Assembly: GCA_963666835.2 (NCBI GenBank)
Contig: CAXXGO010000001.1
Span: 416,001-480,000 of the forward strand
From: Phycisphaerae bacterium
GTDB lineage: Bacteria; Planctomycetota; Phycisphaerae; UBA1845
Length of the DNA stretch: 64,000 nucleotides
Direction of reading: 5' to 3'
A program made the position numbers and the translations under genes. The notes under the pieces were generated by a model. That model made no database searches. It worked only from the letters and a program-made list of their open reading frames with translations, and was not told where the DNA came from. Below are positions 11,834-22,376 of the stretch, in pieces (positions within the stretch are counted from its first letter, which is position 1; each line of letters begins with the position of its first letter).

Positions 11834-12870
11834 TGGACGCACCTTCGAGCGGGGTCGTAAAGTCAGACGATGCGCCGGGCAGTCCGGCCCCGGATTGGGA
11901 TCTGGTGCCGTTCGACGTCGGCTGTGCCCGGTGTGGTCAGGATCTTCGCGGGCTTACCGAACCGGTCTGCCCGGCCTGTGAGCTTGAGTTCGACTGGGCG
12001 ACCGCGGTTCCGATAGAGGAACTCACGTGTAGAGAGTGCGACTATCATCTGTTCGGTTTGAAGGACGCTCGATGCCCGGAATGTGGTACGGAGTTCACCT
12101 GGTCGGAGGTGCTCGTTGATTACCATCGACGTCGCAAGCCTCTGTTCGAGTATCGCTGGCGCAGCCAGCCGATCCGTTCGCTCGGGGCGTCTTGGGGGCT
12201 GGCTCTGCGTCCGTGGACGCTTTGGCGCAAGGTGGACCTGCACGATCCCCCGGCGGTCAAACCGCTGGCAGCTCTCGCGGCAATCGCCGCGGTGGTGTTT
12301 GCGTTGATCGTCCCCGGAATTGCCCTTGCCACCGCGTCGGGGCTCGCCAGGTTATCCGAGTTGATAGCGGCAAGTGGCGGGATTTCCCCCGGAAGTCTCT
12401 GGGCGCCCGAGCTTACGCTTGCGCTTCCGTGGGTGTGTTTCACGGAGGAGCACGCTGCCATCGTAGCGCACTTTGGAGTATGGATAGCGGCCAGCTTCGC
12501 AGCTCTTCTTGTTTTTCAGCAGTCCATGGCCCATTGCAGGGTGCGGACGGCCCACGTGTTTCGCGTGTGCGTGTACGCTCTGCTGGCAGTGCCAGTGGGG
12601 GAAACGCTGCTAATCCTCCTTATGTTCACGATCGATCTAGGTGGGACGATTTTCGGCTGGCGATGGCCGATGTGGCTGAGTATCGTTCTAAGCTGCGTAA
12701 TGCTCGCCGTCGTGCTCTCGACATTCCTCTGGGTTTTCATGTCGATCGCTCTCGGTTACCGGCTGTACCTCAGGATGAGTCACGCGTGGTACGTGGCCTT
12801 TGCAGCTCAGATCATTGCAGGGCTGGTGTTGGCGATCTCCCTAGCTCTGCGCGTTACCCTGGGGTTTTGA
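11833..12870 (+). CDS. Double zinc-ribbon membrane protein, tandem paralogue of 10841-11833
   Basis: Shares WDLVPF(E/D)VGCARCGQDLRGLT, PLFEYRWR, LLVF(R/Q)QSM and VRT(V/A)HV with the upstream gene. Confidence 0.8.
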   Translation: MDAPSSGVVKSDDAPGSPAPDWDLVPFDVGCARCGQDLRGLTEPVCPACELEFDWATAVPIEELTCRECDYHLFGLKDARCPECGTEFTWSEVLVDYHRRRKPLFEYRWRSQPIRSLGASWGLALRPWTLWRKVDLHDPPAVKPLAALAAIAAVVFALIVPGIALATASGLARLSELIAASGGISPGSLWAPELTLALPWVCFTEEHAAIVAHFGVWIAASFAALLVFQQSMAHCRVRTAHVFRVCVYALLAVPVGETLLILLMFTIDLGGTIFGWRWPMWLSIVLSCVMLAVVLSTFLWVFMSIALGYRLYLRMSHAWYVAFAAQIIAGLVLAISLALRVTLGF

Positions 12871-13417
12871 AGGGAGCGATGCCGGCCGAAGCCTGTTTCG
12901 GCATAAACCGGACCGGCGTTTGACTATCGGTGGAGGCGGGCTAGGATCAGGTGACTGTTGCTGTTTTTGGGAGGGTGTTCGTGTTTGGCCATCCTCCGCC
13001 TGCAAGGGCTGGAGATCCTGAAGTTTCGGATAGGGGCCAGATGGCGCAGGCTTTGGGCCTGCCACAGCGGACCGGACTTCGGCAAGGGCGGCGGGCTTGA
13101 ATGACCCTGCTGTAAAGGGCGCTAGGTTGGCAGCCGTGCCAGGGCGGCTGAGAACGCTGGGCGATGACGACAATGCCGCTGGCAAGCTGTGCCGAGTCTT
13201 AGAGTCCAACAGCGCTGAATCGGTGCTTTCCGGCGTCCTTGAGAATCTAGCGCTGCTTGCCACCGGCGTTTTGGATGCTGCCGGAAGGCGTCTGTTGCTG
13301 AGGTGGCATTGTCGTATTAGAACGCCTTTAGAGCGTTGCGAAGCTGCGATCTGACGATGTTGTAAAGGCCCGGCCTGTGCAGTGAAGTCTGCATAAGGTC
13401 GATGTGTTAGGTACCCC

Positions 13418-13769
13418 GGGGGCGATTGGATTCGACCGGGCGAGAAGAAAGGAACGTTGCGTGCCGAGGTTGTCAGGTGGCCTCGTAAAAAACCTGGCGC
13501 TAACTTTACATGGCAACAATTCGTATGCCATGGCTGCCTAAAAGAAGGTAGCCCGTTGCGCGGAGGACGCCCACTACTCCGTGCAACGACGCTAGTGGGC
13601 TAGTTCCGGCGTGCGGCCAAGTCGCGCCGGAGCGAACCAATAACCTGGCTGGGGAACGCGGAAGCCTGTCGGCCGGCGTCCGCCGCCCCGAGACCCAAAA
13701 GACCGCCTACGCACGTAGAAGCGTCCCCGGATCCGTCGCGGGACGGGGGTTCGATTCCCCCCGCCTCCA
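13418..13769 (+). ncRNA. ssrA: tmRNA
   Basis: 5' GGGGGCGAttggattcgac. 3' T-arm and acceptor GACGGGGGTTCGATTCCCCCCGCCTCCA. Tag frame 13512-13541 GGC AAC AAT TCG TAT GCC ATG GCT GCC TAA = (A)GNNSYAMAA*. Confidence 0.96.
13751..13769 (+). repeat. att core, left junction of element 1 (tmRNA 3' end)
   Basis: TCGATTCCCCCCGCCTCCA, exactly repeated at 57459-57477. Confidence 0.92.
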
Positions 13770-13772
13770 GTA

Positions 13773-13801
13773 CGTAAGTCTCTGTAAACAGACGACTTAC
13801 G
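13773..13801. promoter_or_regulatory. Palindrome CGTAAGTC-N13-GACTTACG directly after tmRNA
   Basis: Perfect 8-bp inverted arms. Same arms and spacing at 45716-45744. Function unknown. Confidence 0.6.
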
Positions 13802-13817
13802 ATCGATCGCCGGAACG

Positions 13818-13838
13818 GCGGGTACTCTCGCGGGTACT
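13818..13838 (+). repeat. Putative integrase arm-type sites (2x GCGGGTAC, 12-bp period)
   Basis: GCGGGTACT at 13818 and 13830. Three matching copies lie at the other end of the element. Confidence 0.7.
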
Positions 13839-13941
13839 TCTTCCCGCTTTTCTGCCGCTTGTTCCGGCGCCTCGATCGAGTACAATCGGCACACTCGGTT
13901 TGCGGCCGACACACCTGAATCAACCCGAAAGGACAGGTGTG

Positions 13942-15138
13942 ATGGCCTCACTCGCCAAAGAAAAAGGCGCGATCTACCGCATCCACTGGAAGTTCAAGGT
14001 CCGCGTCGGCCCCCGGGCCGGCGAGACGATCGAGGGCAGCCACCAGCTCGGCCGCTGCACCAAAGCGGCCGCCAAGTCCCAGCTCCGCGACGTCGAAGAA
14101 TGGGAGGAACGAGTCAAGACCGGACGGCTCGTACCCGGCCGGGATTTCGGCGAGGTCTGCACCGCCTGGCTACGTGAACGGGAGCTGATCTGCACGGCCC
14201 AGACGTTGGAACGGACCGAGCGAGTCCTTAACCTGTACAAACGCTGGCGGCTGGAAGGCGGTCTCCCCTGCGGCACCGTGGTCGACGTGGCCAATCAGAC
14301 CGACCTGATCGCCTGGCGCGATCATCGCCTCGACTCCGAGGCCGGCCGTAAGACCGTCGCCAACGACCTCTCGACCCTCTCCGCGTTGTTCGAATGGTGC
14401 GTTCGCGAGAAGTACCTGCCGGACAACCCGGTCGAGCGGATCGCCCGGCCCCGGTTCATAACCCACAAAGAAGGTACGCCACTGACCCGACAGCAAGCCG
14501 GAGCGTGGCTGCGGTCCATCAAGCCGAGAATCGGCCGGAATGGTCACGGCCCGCGATCATGGGAGGAAGTCCGGCGCAAGCGTCAGCTAATCGTGTTTCT
14601 TCTGAACACCGGCCTGCGGAACGGGGAGCTCTGCGCTCTGAGTATCGAGGACTTGCGGATCGACGATGAAGAGCAGCTCGTCTACGTGATGGGCAAGGGG
14701 CTCAAGGAACGCTGGGTTCCACTCAACAAGTCGGCCCTCGCCGCCGCCCGCCTTCACCTGCGCACCCGAGGATGCCCGAAACGGGGTCCGCTGTTCCACA
14801 CGCGGGCCGGCACCCGGTACAACGTTCGGCAGCTGGCTAGTGAGATCGTCAAGACCGCCCGGGGTTACGACGAACCGATCGAAGCAAACCCGCACAATCT
14901 GCGGCACTCCTTCGCTACTTGGCTGGCGAGGTCCGTACCCGACGTCTCGATTGTCCAGAAGATCCTAGGCCACGAGAACGTCAACACGACGCTGAAGTAC
15001 TACGTCCACACGGGTGACCACGAGCTGGCACAAGCGACGGCCAGCCTTCGCGGTCGACGCCGAGAGAGCGAGACTAGGCAGGACCCCGATAGAGATGCGT
15101 TCCGGATCATCCCCTTTCCCGAGCGCCGCGTGAGTTGA
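13942..15138 (+). CDS. Tyrosine recombinase / integrase of element 1
   Basis: LNTGLRNGEL (R), GKGLKERWVP (K), HNLRHSFAT (H-x-x-R), LGHENVNTTLKYY (H, Y). Confidence 0.95.
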   Translation: MASLAKEKGAIYRIHWKFKVRVGPRAGETIEGSHQLGRCTKAAAKSQLRDVEEWEERVKTGRLVPGRDFGEVCTAWLRERELICTAQTLERTERVLNLYKRWRLEGGLPCGTVVDVANQTDLIAWRDHRLDSEAGRKTVANDLSTLSALFEWCVREKYLPDNPVERIARPRFITHKEGTPLTRQQAGAWLRSIKPRIGRNGHGPRSWEEVRRKRQLIVFLLNTGLRNGELCALSIEDLRIDDEEQLVYVMGKGLKERWVPLNKSALAAARLHLRTRGCPKRGPLFHTRAGTRYNVRQLASEIVKTARGYDEPIEANPHNLRHSFATWLARSVPDVSIVQKILGHENVNTTLKYYVHTGDHELAQATASLRGRRRESETRQDPDRDAFRIIPFPERRVS

Positions 15139-15211
15139 TGCGCAGCAAAACAGCGCCGGCGGAACGCAACCGCCGGCGCTGCCCTCGGTTTGCGGCCAAC
15201 ACAGCCGCTGG

Positions 15212-15646
15212 TTACTCGTTGCTGGATCCCGGACTGGCTCCCCGACAGTCCGGGCCTCTGGCGCCGTTGCCTCGGGATGAGGCGTCGGAGATCGTGGCGT
15301 GGCCAAAGGCAGTTCTTGCAGCCAACCTGCTGATCGCCCTTTGGAGCCGTTCGTAGATCCGACAGGCTCGACTGACGAGCGCGAGATCTTCATCCTCAAA
15401 CATCTTGACGAGACGAGGCTCGATCCTCTCGATAGCTATCCGCAACAGGTGGTTAGCCTCGGCAGGACTGCGCGCGTCGGCGTCTCGGACCACCCAGCGT
15501 GAAAGCCGGTCGATCGAGATGTCCGGATCGGTAAGGTACGCGGGTAACACGAACCCGGGGTTCACGTTGCGGACCGTCCGATTCGGATGCCGTTTCTTCC
15601 GACGCCTTTTGGGCTTGGGGCGTATGGGTGATTTCTTGTCAGGCAA
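15212..15646 (-). CDS. Hypothetical protein
   Basis: 144-aa ORF, TTG start preceded by AAGGAG, co-oriented with the backbone genes. Confidence 0.55.
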   Translation of the reverse strand: MPDKKSPIRPKPKRRRKKRHPNRTVRNVNPGFVLPAYLTDPDISIDRLSRWVVRDADARSPAEANHLLRIAIERIEPRLVKMFEDEDLALVSRACRIYERLQRAISRLAARTAFGHATISDASSRGNGARGPDCRGASPGSSNE

Positions 15647-15736
15647 TATTCTGTGCTCCTTATTAATGTCTCTATATTGTCACTACCCTCCCGCCCTCGC
15701 GGGAGCGGTCTCGTAGGCGGTGGTGCTTCGTTTGCC

Positions 15737-16006
15737 TCACCCCTTCCGGAGTTTCTCCTTCACCCGAGCGTCGAGCCTGGCATTCTGCTCGTGCCGCTTC
15801 CTGAGGAACTCCGAGACGTACTGCCATTGCCATCGGGGACGTCCCCCTTGCCCGATGCATGGCCGGGGAAGCTCGCCGCGATCGACCATCCGGGAGACCG
15901 TGCGAACATCCACGTCCAGTCGGCGGGCAAGTTCGTGCCGGCCGATCAAGTCTGAAGTCTGCTGATCCGTGGCCAACGCCGCATTCTGAACTTTGCTGCT
16001 ATTCAT
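15737..16006 (-). CDS. AlpA/excisionase-like HTH protein
   Basis: LIGRHELARRLDVDVRTVSRMVDRGELPRP..IG...RW pattern. Confidence 0.82.
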   Translation of the reverse strand: MNSSKVQNAALATDQQTSDLIGRHELARRLDVDVRTVSRMVDRGELPRPCIGQGGRPRWQWQYVSEFLRKRHEQNARLDARVKEKLRKG

Positions 16007-16131
16007 CCGTACAACTCCTCTTCCACGGCTTGGCCGTGATTGAAATATTCCCTCGACTCACGACCCCGTGAGGCGTTTAGCCGCCACAGACCGCGCCAAA
16101 CAGCGCGGCAGGCTGATGTTTGCGCGGACGG

Positions 16132-16341
16132 ACGCACGTTCGCCATAACTCGAGTGGGCCCAGCTACTTGCGCGTGCATCGCCATATGCACGGTTTGCAC
16201 GAACGTGAAACCGCACCATGGACAACGCGGCCAACGCGGGTGATACGAGTGCCGCAAGGACCCAAACCCGTATCTCGATCGTGCATTGACACCATGCACG
16301 CTCAAACCGCACCCAACGCGAGGGTTACGTTCGGTGTGCGT
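16132..16341. repeat. Inverted pair of a 47-bp motif (16132-16178 minus, 16295-16341 plus)
   Basis: TGCACG-C(T/G)CAA-N16-G(A/G)GTTA(C/T)-N7-GTGC(A/G)T. Further copies at 21886 and 56891. Confidence 0.65.
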
Positions 16342-16523
16342 GGCCGACCAGGCGAAATAGCGCGATAGACGACCAGCAGTCGGATCGATCCCCTTCCCGT
16401 AACAACGCCCGGATGCCGACTGGATCGCGCCGAACGTGCAGTATCCGAAGGATGGCCGATCCGCCCGATCGCTGCTCCGGAGTGGCCGCGCATTATTCCG
16501 GAGGTTTGAGTACGTAATCCCGT

Positions 16524-18146
16524 TCATGCCTGATCACCCTCCGCCGGACGTGCATCTGTGCCGTCCTCAACACCCAGGCGCGCGCTGGGGTCCACGTCTG
16601 TTTCCGGGTTGGCGACCGGGTCTAAGCCGGGCGACCGGGCTGGCGACGCCCCGTCTTCGCCGTCCTCCCCCGGGCATTCAGGGGCTTCGGGTATGTCTTC
16701 CGGGTCGGGTAGCGTGAGGACGGTCACCTCAGCGATCTGCGTCTCGGTCCGGCTGTACCGGTGGGGTCGACGGCTTTCGTCCTTATCCACCAACCCGCAC
16801 GCCACCAAGGGCTTCACGCGGCGACCGGCTTGCTCTGGGCCGACCCCTAACGCCAGGGCCAAGTTGTCGCGCGTGAACAGTTTGGCAGGGAACTTCTGGT
16901 CAATAGTTTCCAACGTGGCACGCATCTGCCCGTCGATGAGTTGGAACGCATCCGCCAGCGGTTCGCGCATCAGATCCAGGAAGATCTGATAGTCGGTCCG
17001 GTCGGCAAGGACCGTCTTACGGCCATTAGAACACCGGATTCGTTTCTGTTTCTGCCGAAGGAAGGCCACAGCCTGGATGAAGCTGCCGACGTGGCCCATC
17101 GCCCGGCGCGCCGCCACTTTGTCGCATGGCAGTTTGAGCATGTGAGCCCAGGGGATGATCACCTCGACCTCCGGATCCAGAAGGCGCTGGGCCGTTTGGT
17201 GCACGAGCCGGATCCGTTGCTGTGCGGCGACGTCAGGGCCGCGCCCGGCAAGGCGGTCCTGCTCCGCACGGATGACCTGCTCTGTTTGTCGTTGTGCCTC
17301 GTTGACGGTCAGCATCAAGAGCCGAGTACGGTCTTCCTCGTGCACCGTGCCGGCCGTGGAGGTTTCGACGAACGCGATCGGGCCCTCTTGTGTAATCAGG
17401 ACAGTCGCGGGTCGTCCGTCCTCGCCTTTGATCGTTACGCATTTCTTCAGCTCGCCGTCGGCGATCATCTCCCGGAACGCTTTCGATCCGAATCTCGCCC
17501 GGTCGTGGGTGGGGTGCTCGCGCTCACGCTCCCCGCACGCTACGAACTTGTGCCGGAGCGAGCCCGCCGGAAGGTAGTAGAAGGACTGATCGGTAATATC
17601 GTGAGCCTTGAGGACGCCTTCCTCCGGCATCATCGAAGCGATAGTGTTGACGATGAAGCTCTTGCCCCCGCTGGACGCGCCGTGGACGTGAGCAGCCAAC
17701 GGATTCCGGAGGAATCGGCTGGTGCCGATTATGTAGATTGCCAGAGCGAGCCGAGGTTCACCCGCGACTCCGAGAAGTGCGACGTCAGCCGCGATACGGT
17801 CCATCAGGTCAGGCGCGCGAAGCATCGCCTCCGCTTCCTCGAGTACCTCCGGCGGCGTCTCGGCAAGAGCGGCCTCTCGTGGATCGGCGGAATCGTCGGG
17901 CTTCTTGGCGGCCTCCGTGGCCGCGTCCATCGCCTCGGCGGCTTTCTCCAGGACGACCGCGTCCACGTCGGCTGGTGGGCAATCGATAATCGGCGCGACG
18001 CGGTTCACGTACTGCGCGCGAGCTCTAGCGCTTCCCACGTTCAACTCGTCAATATCGACGACCTTTCCCTCGCGCTCGGCAGTCAGCCGGATCTTGAGAC
18101 TACCGTTGAGGCTGAGGACCTCCGGCGTGATAGTGGGGGTGCTCAT
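16524..18146 (-). CDS. P-loop NTPase (primase-associated helicase-like) with probable C-terminal wHTH
   Basis: Walker A HGASSGGKS. Translationally coupled to the Toprim gene. Confidence 0.72.
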   Translation of the reverse strand: MSTPTITPEVLSLNGSLKIRLTAEREGKVVDIDELNVGSARARAQYVNRVAPIIDCPPADVDAVVLEKAAEAMDAATEAAKKPDDSADPREAALAETPPEVLEEAEAMLRAPDLMDRIAADVALLGVAGEPRLALAIYIIGTSRFLRNPLAAHVHGASSGGKSFIVNTIASMMPEEGVLKAHDITDQSFYYLPAGSLRHKFVACGEREREHPTHDRARFGSKAFREMIADGELKKCVTIKGEDGRPATVLITQEGPIAFVETSTAGTVHEEDRTRLLMLTVNEAQRQTEQVIRAEQDRLAGRGPDVAAQQRIRLVHQTAQRLLDPEVEVIIPWAHMLKLPCDKVAARRAMGHVGSFIQAVAFLRQKQKRIRCSNGRKTVLADRTDYQIFLDLMREPLADAFQLIDGQMRATLETIDQKFPAKLFTRDNLALALGVGPEQAGRRVKPLVACGLVDKDESRRPHRYSRTETQIAEVTVLTLPDPEDIPEAPECPGEDGEDGASPARSPGLDPVANPETDVDPSARLGVEDGTDARPAEGDQA

Positions 18147-19033
18147 CTCTTACGGGTCCTTTCCGGTGCATACCAACGGTGGCGTAGTGACAGGGGTGGA
18201 GAAACGATGCTCGGCGGTCGTTGGCATGGAGCCTCCGCGACGCGTTGCAGCAGTACGTCCCGGGTCAGCCCAGATCGGACTTCCTCGCGAATGTCATTGA
18301 ACGGCGGGCCGGGGAAAATGATCTTCACGGTGCCGGCTTTGGAGAGGAGCGCATCGCGTAACGACTCGGCGCCCTCGCGGCCGGGTCGGTCGTTGTCGGC
18401 GACGATGACGACGTCGCGGCCGCTGACCAAGTCCAGGCAGAAATCGATGCATTGCCCGCATCCCGGTCGGCCGATTACCGTCACACCCAAGTCGAGCAAG
18501 GCGGCGGTGTCCGACTCACCCTCGGCGATGAACAGCATCCCCTCGTCGGGTCTGTTGTTCGGCAGGAACAGGCCGTTGCGCGAACCCTTGACCGCTCGCT
18601 TCCGGCCATCCGGGAAACGTCGACGAATGCCAATGATGGCACCGCCGGCGGCTCTCATGGGGAAGGTGTAGGCGTGTCCGTCCCAGCCGACGCCAAGATC
18701 AAGTAGAGAGGATTCACAGACTCCAAGCTGTCCCGCAAGCATCGCCAGGCGGCCCGGTCGCAGGTTCTTGGTGAACCTCGAATACATAGCCGCCCAATCC
18801 GGTGGGGTGATTCGAGGGCGTTCTTTGGGCCGGGCGCTATGGGGAGGGCGCCGGTTACGGTCGAGCGGGCCAAACACGACGCCACGATCGCGGCATCGCT
18901 TGACAATCCGCCAGCCGGGCGGCGGTTCGCTGACCTTCATGCATCGAACCACATCACCCGATCGGCTGCACCATTTGGTGTACCCACAGATCTCGCAGGG
19001 CTCCGTCCGACAGACTGCTTTCCATTGGCTCAT
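18143..19033 (-). CDS. Zn-finger + Toprim DNA primase-like protein
   Basis: CEICGYTKWC...C at the N-terminus. Toprim motifs FIAEGESDTAAL and VIVADNDRPG. Confidence 0.85.
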   Translation of the reverse strand: MSQWKAVCRTEPCEICGYTKWCSRSGDVVRCMKVSEPPPGWRIVKRCRDRGVVFGPLDRNRRPPHSARPKERPRITPPDWAAMYSRFTKNLRPGRLAMLAGQLGVCESSLLDLGVGWDGHAYTFPMRAAGGAIIGIRRRFPDGRKRAVKGSRNGLFLPNNRPDEGMLFIAEGESDTAALLDLGVTVIGRPGCGQCIDFCLDLVSGRDVVIVADNDRPGREGAESLRDALLSKAGTVKIIFPGPPFNDIREEVRSGLTRDVLLQRVAEAPCQRPPSIVSPPLSLRHRWYAPERTRKR

Positions 19034-19274
19034 AGTAGACTCCGCACAAGGAGAGCCGCTAGCCCTGGGCGATCCAACACGCCCCGTCGAATTACGGGTC
19101 GCGGTCTCTCTCGCTTGTCTGAGTGAAGTCTACGGCGCTTTCTGTACTGAATAATTACGGGCAGTTATTCAGGATCGGCTATCTGCAGTGGGCAGGCATG
19201 GAATGGCGTAAAACGCCGGAAGAAGTCGTCGATGGGTATTTCTTGCTGAATAATCCCAACCCCTTGACAGGGAA

Positions 19275-20024
19275 TTATTCAGCAGGCTTCACCTCGCGTT
19301 TTCGCATCCGGTTCTTGGCTTTGGCGATCTCGCGGTGATCAATATTCCGCTCTCGGGCGAAATCTTTCTGTGACATCCCGCTCGACTTCCAGTCATTGTA
19401 GAGCTTCGTATCTTTGACGGGATCCGTTGTCTGCGGCCGTCCAGCTCGCTTCTTCCCTTTGGATGCTGCCCTGCGTTTGCGCGGGGTCTTGGCGTCTTGG
19501 GCTGCCTCCAGACGCTTCTTCTCCCCCCAGTCTCGGACGGTCTGTACTATCAGGATCAACAGGTTGTTGGTTTCCGAGAGGATACGTCGCCCATACACGG
19601 CGACATCTTCTTCGTTCGCGTCGAGGGGCCTCGCTGCCTTGACCCGAAGTTGGTCCCAGGCCTCTCTGGCCAGAAACGCGCCGATCCCCTCGATCTGCCG
19701 AACCGTGTTTTCGATGGCATCGGCGTCCATCGGCGAATCGTACTCCTCCAGGAACTTGGCAAACCAGCGGTGAAGGTCTGGTATAGTATCCAGAACCCAG
19801 CGGTTGATCTGGACGAACAAACGGTCGATGCCAAGGTCCGCAAGATAGGGCGGTTTCGTGGGATGAAAAAGCTCGGACAGCTCGGTCCGCGATTGGTTCA
19901 TTACCGCGAAAAACGTCTCCCGACGGTCATGCGGGATTATGTTGGGCACCTCATACACTGTGGGGAGATCTGCAAACTCGGTCTTGTCGGCCGGGAACAT
20001 GGTGTTTCTAACCTGCCGATCCAC
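19275..20024 (-). CDS. Hypothetical protein with probable C-terminal HTH
   Basis: 249-aa ORF ending GRPQTTDPVKDTKLYNDWKSSGMSQKDFARERNI. Confidence 0.6.
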   Translation of the reverse strand: MDRQVRNTMFPADKTEFADLPTVYEVPNIIPHDRRETFFAVMNQSRTELSELFHPTKPPYLADLGIDRLFVQINRWVLDTIPDLHRWFAKFLEEYDSPMDADAIENTVRQIEGIGAFLAREAWDQLRVKAARPLDANEEDVAVYGRRILSETNNLLILIVQTVRDWGEKKRLEAAQDAKTPRKRRAASKGKKRAGRPQTTDPVKDTKLYNDWKSSGMSQKDFARERNIDHREIAKAKNRMRKREVKPAE

Positions 20025-20278
20025 TCGTCCCCGTGAAGAACACGAAAACCGATCGTCTTAACAACTGGGCCACAGCGTTGGAACGAAGCCACATCACGAT
20101 TAACTGGTCGGCCGGAGGACACGTCGAACCGGACAACACAATCCCGGTGCCCCTCTCACGAAACTAGATCGCCGGGCGACCCTCGTAGTAGTAATCGCCG
20201 CAGGGCGATCCCGGCGGCTAGACGAACCCGAAGCCGTCTCCTTCCGAGCCGGCGGAGCGTCGGCGAGTTTCCGCGTTC

Positions 20279-20629
20279 CTACACCTCATCAAGCCGCTTC
20301 TCTTCCTCCTCTCGAGCTTCCAGCCACGGGGGCTTCGGGCTTGCCCGGCCTTCGACGGCGGCATAGATCGCATCCGCCAGCGGTTTGGCATTCTTCAGCG
20401 GGATGACGAAGAAACGCCCCGGGCGAGACCGTCGCTTCGGTCGGCGATACTTAGAGCAGCTTTGAAGGCGTACATAGGCGCGCCCGCCATGCTCTCGCCG
20501 ATGCACAAGAACCGCATGTCGATCGTCCCAAGGCACCACATCCACCAGCCGGTCGATCGTGTCGAGGATGCTCGGCATAGTCATTCGTTCGGGAATGTGC
20601 ATGCTGGCGTCCATGCCTCGGATAGCCAC
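20279..20629 (-). CDS. PC4-like (ssDNA-binding fold) small protein
   Basis: VLVHRREHGGRAYVRL...RFFVIPLKNAKPLADAI. Paralogue of 21254-21625. Start uncertain. Confidence 0.55.
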   Translation of the reverse strand: MAIRGMDASMHIPERMTMPSILDTIDRLVDVVPWDDRHAVLVHRREHGGRAYVRLQSCSKYRRPKRRSRPGRFFVIPLKNAKPLADAIYAAVEGRASPKPPWLEAREEEEKRLDEV

Positions 20630-20884
20630 CTCCTATTCGCCCAAGTGTACGCAGCCCGGGCGATCTCGCAATGTGTCCCCCATACCCCAAAGGGTATTTC
20701 TGCGCGCGAACGTCGCGACGCCCAGAACCCATTATCCCGACCTTCCTAATGACATCACTGGAATTCGTTGCTGGATGTGGCGTGAGTGTGGACGCAGGCG
20801 GCAGGCACCCTCATACCCCAGGGCGCAACCGTATGGGGTATTCTCCCCAACCCAGAGGCATACCACCCGGCCGGGCCGCGGAGA

Positions 20885-21253
20885 TTAGCCCCCCGTGGGC
20901 CTCTCGAAATCCAACGGCCCCAACAACTGCTCGACCTGCGGGATGGATCGAAGAGCCCCGCGCGATTGCCGGTCGGCGCGGACCCTTGCAGCAAGGTTGC
21001 CGCCGTCGGACAGTTCAGCACGTCGGTGTTCGATGTCCTCGATAAGCTGCTCAACCGCCTCTCGGTCCGCCTCGTCGGTCGCGGACGCTCCAAGCTGGCG
21101 GGCGCGACGCAGGTGTTCGGTCAGCTCCCCGCATGTCTTCAGACGGCCCCTGGCCGTACGCCGGCGGGCAGCTTTGGGCATGGTCTGGCAGAGCAATCGC
21201 AAACGCGCGTGCAGGTGCTCGTTCTCCTCGGACATCACCCAAACCTCCGTCAC
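20885..21253 (-). CDS. Hypothetical helical protein
   Basis: ORF abuts the stop of the upstream PC4-like gene. Confidence 0.4.
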   Translation of the reverse strand: MTEVWVMSEENEHLHARLRLLCQTMPKAARRRTARGRLKTCGELTEHLRRARQLGASATDEADREAVEQLIEDIEHRRAELSDGGNLAARVRADRQSRGALRSIPQVEQLLGPLDFERPTGG

Positions 21254-21625
21254 TTACGTAAACGGCCACGAATCCATGTCGTCAACATCGTCTGCCGCGT
21301 CCTCATCATCCTCCGACAGATCGAACCACTCTTCCTCCCAGGCGTAGAGCCTATCGGGGCTGGGATTCGTCACGCCTTCGGCTGCAGCCCGAATCGCGTC
21401 TGCGAGGGCCGCGGCGTTGTCGATCGGGATCACGAAGAACCGGTCGGACGGATACCATACCAGGAGCTTGCGGTGCTTGTTCCACGTTCGAAGGCGGATG
21501 AAGGTACGTCCCTGGTACTGACGACGATAGACGAGCACCGTCCGCCACTCCCCCCACGGAACCGCAGCCATGAACTCCTCGATCGTCTCGGAGCTGCTTG
21601 GTTTCGTTGTTTCGACGTGTGCCAT
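21254..21625 (-). CDS. PC4-like (ssDNA-binding fold) small protein with acidic tail
   Basis: VLVYRRQYQGRTFIRLRTWNKH..WYPSDRFFVIPIDNAAALADAI, then an acidic C-terminus. Confidence 0.62.
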   Translation of the reverse strand: MAHVETTKPSSSETIEEFMAAVPWGEWRTVLVYRRQYQGRTFIRLRTWNKHRKLLVWYPSDRFFVIPIDNAAALADAIRAAAEGVTNPSPDRLYAWEEEWFDLSEDDEDAADDVDDMDSWPFT

Positions 21626-21885
21626 ATGCGAGTCCCTTCGCCCGGCCAGCTTGCGGCGCGATGACGCGTGCTGTCCGTGGCCCGCGTTCGCGTGATCCAA
21701 GGGCATGTTATCCCAGCTACCCCGGACGCAAGCAATAAGCCGCGAGCGCGGCCGGCGATTACTCTCCACAGGACGACATCGCCGCCGGCATGGACGCGGC
21801 GGGACCAAAGCTCGCCACGCGCCGAGCCGGGACTTACGCACAGCGGCGGTGCGTGATTAGTGTGCATGACCGTGCACGCACCGAA

Positions 21886-21932
21886 TGCACGCTCAAGTGC
21901 CTGTATGTGCGAGAGTTACATCAATCGTGCAT
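21886..21932 (+). repeat. 47-bp motif copy at the left edge of the cargo
   Basis: 38/47 identical, ungapped, to 56891-56937 (counted by eye). Confidence 0.7.
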
Positions 21933-22376
21933 GGGTCTCGAAGAATAAGCGGCTCCGGCGAGTTTGGAAGCACGAGGCGCGTTCCTGCAAACCCGGGCGG
22001 TCAAAGACCAAGCCGCAAACCGCCTATCCCGGAAACGCCGGAGGCACCGAAGTGGTTGTCGGGCTTGGTGTCGCTGCATCCCATCGCCACGTACGCCTAG
22101 ACGGCGCATGCCGGCTTCGGGGGCATGGATGGCCCACCCAGCCGAGATCGTTGAAGGACGCGTGTTCTGACGCGTCTAACGCATGTAGGAGGCGACGCCG
22201 TTCTTGGTGAGATCCGGCCGCGAAGCGAGCGTCCCGATGTCCTCAAAACGCCTCCGAGTTGAGCAGATGCCCCCGGAGGACCTGCTAGACTCCGGTTGAC
22301 TCCCCGAGTCGAATCCGCTAAAGATTCAATCTAGCTGACATCGGCGCAATTCATTCCCTCGACGGAGGAGCAGACG

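Noticed and set aside
12871..13417. Short ORFs upstream of tmRNA
   Set aside because: No motifs and conflicting strands, so not supportable as genes.
13592..13951. Minus-strand ORFs over the tmRNA 3' half
   Set aside because: Antisense to a well-supported tmRNA and att region.
16003..16527. 174-aa ORF between the NTPase and AlpA-like genes
   Set aside because: No recognisable motif, and the region is occupied by inverted 47-bp motifs. It may be non-coding, though a real gene is not excluded.
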